64,000 nt of DNA, from positions 806,001-870,000 of the forward strand of contig NW_026515673.1 of the NCBI RefSeq assembly GCF_025526975.1. Direction: 5' to 3'. The notes under the pieces were generated by a model, which had not been told where the DNA came from, made no database searches, and saw only the letters and a program-made list of their open reading frames with translations. The DNA is from Fimicolochytrium jonesii. Its lineage: Eukaryota. Positions 59,773 to 64,000 of this stretch are shown here, piece after piece. The position numbers were made by a program, and so were the translations under genes. Positions within the stretch are counted from its first letter, which is position 1; each line of letters begins with the position of its first letter.

Positions 59773-60549
59773 AGCTACCATTCCTATTAGATTTCGGGAA
59801 GCATTCATATGTAGCGCTCGGGGGAAGGCAGTATTGAGTTGGATAGATTATCATAGCCGTATACGGGTTGCATAAGTAGATTAATTTCGAGAAAAATAAC
59901 ACAGAGGGGCCGATCTTAGTCCCCACACTGAAATTGGCTTCGAAAAGTTTAAACCGGAGCTGTCAAAATGGAACACTCGAAAAATCGCGTCCAGTCAAAA
60001 ACAGCAAGGTGTGGCGCGTGAAGTCATCACATTTGCCGGTTTCAAGTCCGCTCACCCCCGCGCGCGACCTTCGTTTCGAAATGGCCGCCACACTTGATCC
60101 GCAAATCAGTTGCCATGGGACGCAGCATTTTTGCTGTGTTTGAGCGTCCGTCGAATGTGCGATTCTGGATCTAGGGCATGTGGCAAATCGGGCAAGCACA
60201 CTGACAGGTTCGCTCGACTCTTTCTGAAACGCACGCTGTCGTGCAAGGAGGAAAAAGGAGTGCGGGGGGCGGGCGCGGGGACTTCCTTTTCTTTCAACGA
60301 GAACAAGCACAGTCACCACGTTCCCACCGCATATGTTTCTGACGTGATGGTGGATCCCAAAGGAAGCCACCGCCCAATCCTCTGTATCGGGCCGGCGGCA
60401 AAGGCTCTCGCACTCACCGCTTCGCACTGTCGGCGCATAATATATAAGCCGCCCGGCAGGCAGCGCAGCCCCTTCCAACGTAAAACAGAGAAATCCACAG
60501 TTACCCCCCTTTCGCCACACATATACTCCTATACACACACTTAGAGAAA

Positions 60550-61272
60550 ATGGTTGCCATCAAGTCTACCGTTCTGGTTATGGCCCTCATGGCCGGCAAC
60601 GTCCTCGCCTCCAGGCCCGTGTTCTCTCGCCATGAGGACGTGACGGTCGTCTCGCTTGACGACAAGCCCTCCTCCTCCGACAGCACCGCCGCGTTCTCCG
60701 GCTACGACTCGTCTCGGGACAAGTCTGAGGGCCACAAATCCGAGGGTGGTTACTCCGACGACAACGGCAAGAAGCACGGAGGAGGCTCCAAGAAGAACGG
60801 CGGTCGCAAGTCTGGCGGGAAGAAGCACCACGGCAAATCCGCGGACGGTGACTGCTCCGAGGGCACCACCACCACCGTCGCGGCTGCCGGCGAATCCACC
60901 AGTGTCGAGTTTACCATCGAGTCCATCGTCCACGATTCCACAACCGCTGCTGGCGCTGAGTCTACACCCGCCCCGGTCGGCGAGTCCACTACCGTTGAGG
61001 CCGGCCGCGAATCCACAACCGCGGCCGCCGAACCGACAGAAGACTGCCTGGATGATGACAGCACCACCACTGCCGCCGGCGCGATCGAGACCACCGCCGT
61101 CGAATCGCCTGCATCTATGCCCACGGACACGGCCCTGCCCATCGTCTTTGGCGAACCCACTCCTACACCCGCAGCGTCCACAGAGGTCATCTCCGCGGCA
61201 ACTTCCCAATGGGTGTCGGTTGCCGGCGTCTCTGTCTTTGCTGTCATGGCTGGTTCCATGTTGCTCTTGTAA
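60550..61272 (+). CDS. Secreted Ser/Thr-rich, probably GPI-anchored cell-surface protein
   Basis: N-terminal signal peptide, EST-rich repeats, and a C-terminal small-residue site followed by a hydrophobic tail. Confidence 0.85.
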   Translation: MVAIKSTVLVMALMAGNVLASRPVFSRHEDVTVVSLDDKPSSSDSTAAFSGYDSSRDKSEGHKSEGGYSDDNGKKHGGGSKKNGGRKSGGKKHHGKSADGDCSEGTTTTVAAAGESTSVEFTIESIVHDSTTAAGAESTPAPVGESTTVEAGRESTTAAAEPTEDCLDDDSTTTAAGAIETTAVESPASMPTDTALPIVFGEPTPTPAASTEVISAATSQWVSVAGVSVFAVMAGSMLLL

Positions 61273-61563
61273 GACTTAGCAGGATGCCCTTGACTTGCGG
61301 TTATTTCGCATAGACATAGATTTTGGACTTTTCTCGTTGTAAATGCTCCCTGTTTTGGACTTTCCGTTTTACATATTCCGTCAAATACCTTCTGAGAATC
61401 TCGGCGTACAGTTTATCAATTATCATCTTGTTGCCAAAGAACTTCAATCTCCGTTCTTCTTTTGTGTCGTCCTCTTTGTGCAATGGGGGATCTCTCTCTC
61501 TGCAGACATTAATACATACGACGTAATCTCGCTTCAGTTCACTACATCTGACGCCCTTCAACC

Positions 61564-63059
61564 CTACGACTGACTCGAATTCCCGTTCTCAGCAGGCACA
61601 TCAAAAGGCAACAAACTCCCAAACGGCAAATGCTGCACAACCGGAAGTTTATGTAACACCTCGGCAATATACATCTTCAGCATGCCCTTGTTGACTTTCT
61701 GCCAGTGCGGCACGCCGGAGATGTCGTAGAGCATGGGCGAGTGTTCGTGGAATGGGCCTTTTTTCACCTTTTGATTGAAAAAATTTATGGCGGTGCGGAA
61801 AGTGGGAGGATGGCAGAAGGGATGGGGACTGAGGGTCGTACCTCATGGATGTACTGGATGCAGGCCAGGTACATGTACTCTTTTGAATAGTGCTCGACAA
61901 TGTCGGCTTGCATGACTGATTTGGGCTTCAGGCGCGGGTGATCTGGGGGAAGGACACTTTTCGTAAGCAATCTCCAGCGCTGTAGACGAGGTTCGTAGCC
62001 GCTCCCACCTATGAGTTGCGCACTTCCCCAGAAGTAGGGCAAAAACTGGTGGTCGTCCAGACCCCATACACCATGGCTGCCGGCCGGTTCTAGCATGTAC
62101 ACGCGCTGGAGGCGGCGGACGACATCCAGATATCTGTTTCCGCCAGGGTGTAGAGCGGTACGGGCGCATAAATCAGCTTATCCGTCATCAAACCACCCCT
62201 GCGCTGGCCGAGCTCCCCAGGAAGCCCAAGCGTACTTCACGAAAACCCTTGTGACGATCGCCGTGTGATCCTCCGGCGTCACCACATCCAGCAGCTCCAA
62301 ACAGCACAACCAGGCCGTAAACGACAGTTCGTGCCCGCTTCCATAGTCCAGCCGCGTCCCGTGCCCAAACCCGCCTGTCAGATACGGCGTCAGCTCTTCG
62401 ACGGCGGGTTGTCGGTCGGGGGGAAGGATGCTGCTTATGATTGATGCGGCGTTCTGTGGCATTATGTATGATCAGTTGTCGTGGTACCCAAACTGCACTT
62501 TTATGACAATGCCCCTGAGATGTGCAATGCTTACACTTTCCAACCGATCTATCCATGTCCTGAATGCCTTGTTGCCGAACCGCTGCGGGGTCTCCAACGC
62601 GGGTATCTCGTCGATCCATTTATCCAGTGTATCGAGCATGTCCACCAGCTTCCTTACTGTCTGCCAGATGACAGTGAGATGAGTCAATACGCTTGGATTC
62701 TCATCCGGCCCCTTGGCCACCTATATATGTCTTCCTCCCACTCCCGACAGAAGACTACAGCACATCACCTCACTCTCGGCACACGCATCCGAATTCTTCT
62801 TCTGATACGCCGCGTTATTCAACACCTGAATAAACTCCAACAACCGCACAAACGCTTCGGAGCGCAACCATATCCTCAGGGTGGTCTCGTCTATGATGCG
62901 TTTGTGGGGAACTGTGTAGACGTGGGTTGTTGGGATGGTGATGTGTGCGCGGTGGTCGGTGAAGGCTGGGATGGTGACGGATGTGCCCGGCTGGACTGGG
63001 AGTCGGACAGGGGTGCCTGGGGGAGGCATGACGGGCATTAGGGAGGTTGCGTTGTGCAT
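61564..63059 (-). CDS. PTPA / Rrd-family PP2A activator (multi-exon)
   Basis: [76 protein letters not shown]. Confidence 0.95.
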
Positions 63060-63300
63060 TTTGTGTCTGTCTGTGTCGGTTTGTGTTTGTGGTCTCGTTG
63101 GTGCAGAAGTCCATGGGAATGTCGCCTCCAAGATCGTTACAGAGGTTAAGGCTGCTTTTCGAGTTCGAGAGTGTTTTCGGAGTTTCGCGAACTGGAACGA
63201 TGTCGACTGGTAACCGCTCTGGTAATCGCTCGACAGACAAAGCTGCCCTCTAAGTCATTGCAATCAACCCGCTTGAAGGCTGTCGTCTGCCTCGATTGCC

Positions 63301-64000
63301 ATGGCGACGTGCTCTCGTCAAAGTGTATGCTTCATACGCACTGCGTTTCGTCGAGCCCACTGCCGAGTGTCGCCACAAGCTGCGAGTCAGCTGCGACAAT
63401 ATGCCATACAAACGAAACACCAGGCGCCGCCGGCAACGGCGGGTATCGACCGTATCCGGAATATCGGAATTATAGCGCACATTGATGCTGGGAAAACGAC
63501 GACGACGGAGCGAATGCTGTATTATGTGGGGTTCACCAAACGGATAGGAGGTGACTTTCGACGCAGGGTACTTCCTATTTGAGAAAACATACACTTATAC
63601 CCACCTGAATGTTTGTAGAGGTGGACCAGGGTTCTACTGTAACGGACTTCCTCAAACCGGAGCGCGAACGAGGAATCACAATCACCTCCGCCTGCATCCC
63701 GTTCTCATGGCAGCAACACCGCATCAATCTAATAGACACCCCCGGACACGTGGATTTCACCATCGAAGTCGAGCGAAGCATGCGGGTGCTAGATGGAGCC
63801 GTATGCGTGCTAGACGCGGTGGCAGGGGTGGAAGCGCAGACCGAGACTGTGTGGCGGCAGGCCAACCGGTACGGCGTGCCGCGGATAGCGTTCGTGAACA
63901 AGATGGATAGACTCGGTGCCAGTTTGGGGAGAACGTTTGCGTCGATGGAGAGAAGATTGACGGGATGGGGGCGCCCGCTGCTTTGTCAGTGGCCCGTTGT
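63301..64000 (+). CDS. MEF2: Mitochondrial EF-G2 / ribosome-releasing factor 2 (5' part)
   Basis: Presequence; [62 protein letters not shown]; runs off the window. Confidence 0.88.

Overview
Eukaryotic, intron-rich fungal-type DNA (short GT-AG introns with CTRAC-like branch sites). Gene content (MCMDC2-like gene, bifunctional chorismate mutase/prephenate dehydratase) suggests an early-diverging, chytrid-like fungus; this is inference. Bases 1-~19,200 are a mobile-element-rich block. It holds three pieces of related Ty3/Gypsy chromovirus LTR retrotransposons (one nested in another, two sharing an LTR). Next comes a divergent gene pair: a TET/JBP-like 2OG-Fe(II) dioxygenase and a disrupted HMG-like/Ulp1-protease gene, separated by tandem-repeat arrays, probably a KDZ/Zisupton-like cargo module. 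A MITE and an intact Tc1 (DD34E) transposon follow. Bases ~19,700-64,000 are gene-dense host sequence: OPT transporter, LITAF, SAP/SAM protein, Ser/Thr dehydratase, DnaJ pseudogene, OXR1, GDE1, stand-alone SRA protein, MDR pseudogene, PPR, PheA-like, FN3 protein, TPI1, DML1, a second MITE copy, a 1016-aa orphan with Pol II CTD-like heptads, SPS19, MCMDC2-like, a GPI protein, PTPA and partial MEF2. The best candidate for a novel system is the TET-like dioxygenase + repeat array + HMG/Ulp1 module at 9,009-15,375. All calls are from reading motifs by eye; no searches were run, and exon boundaries of multi-exon genes are approximate.
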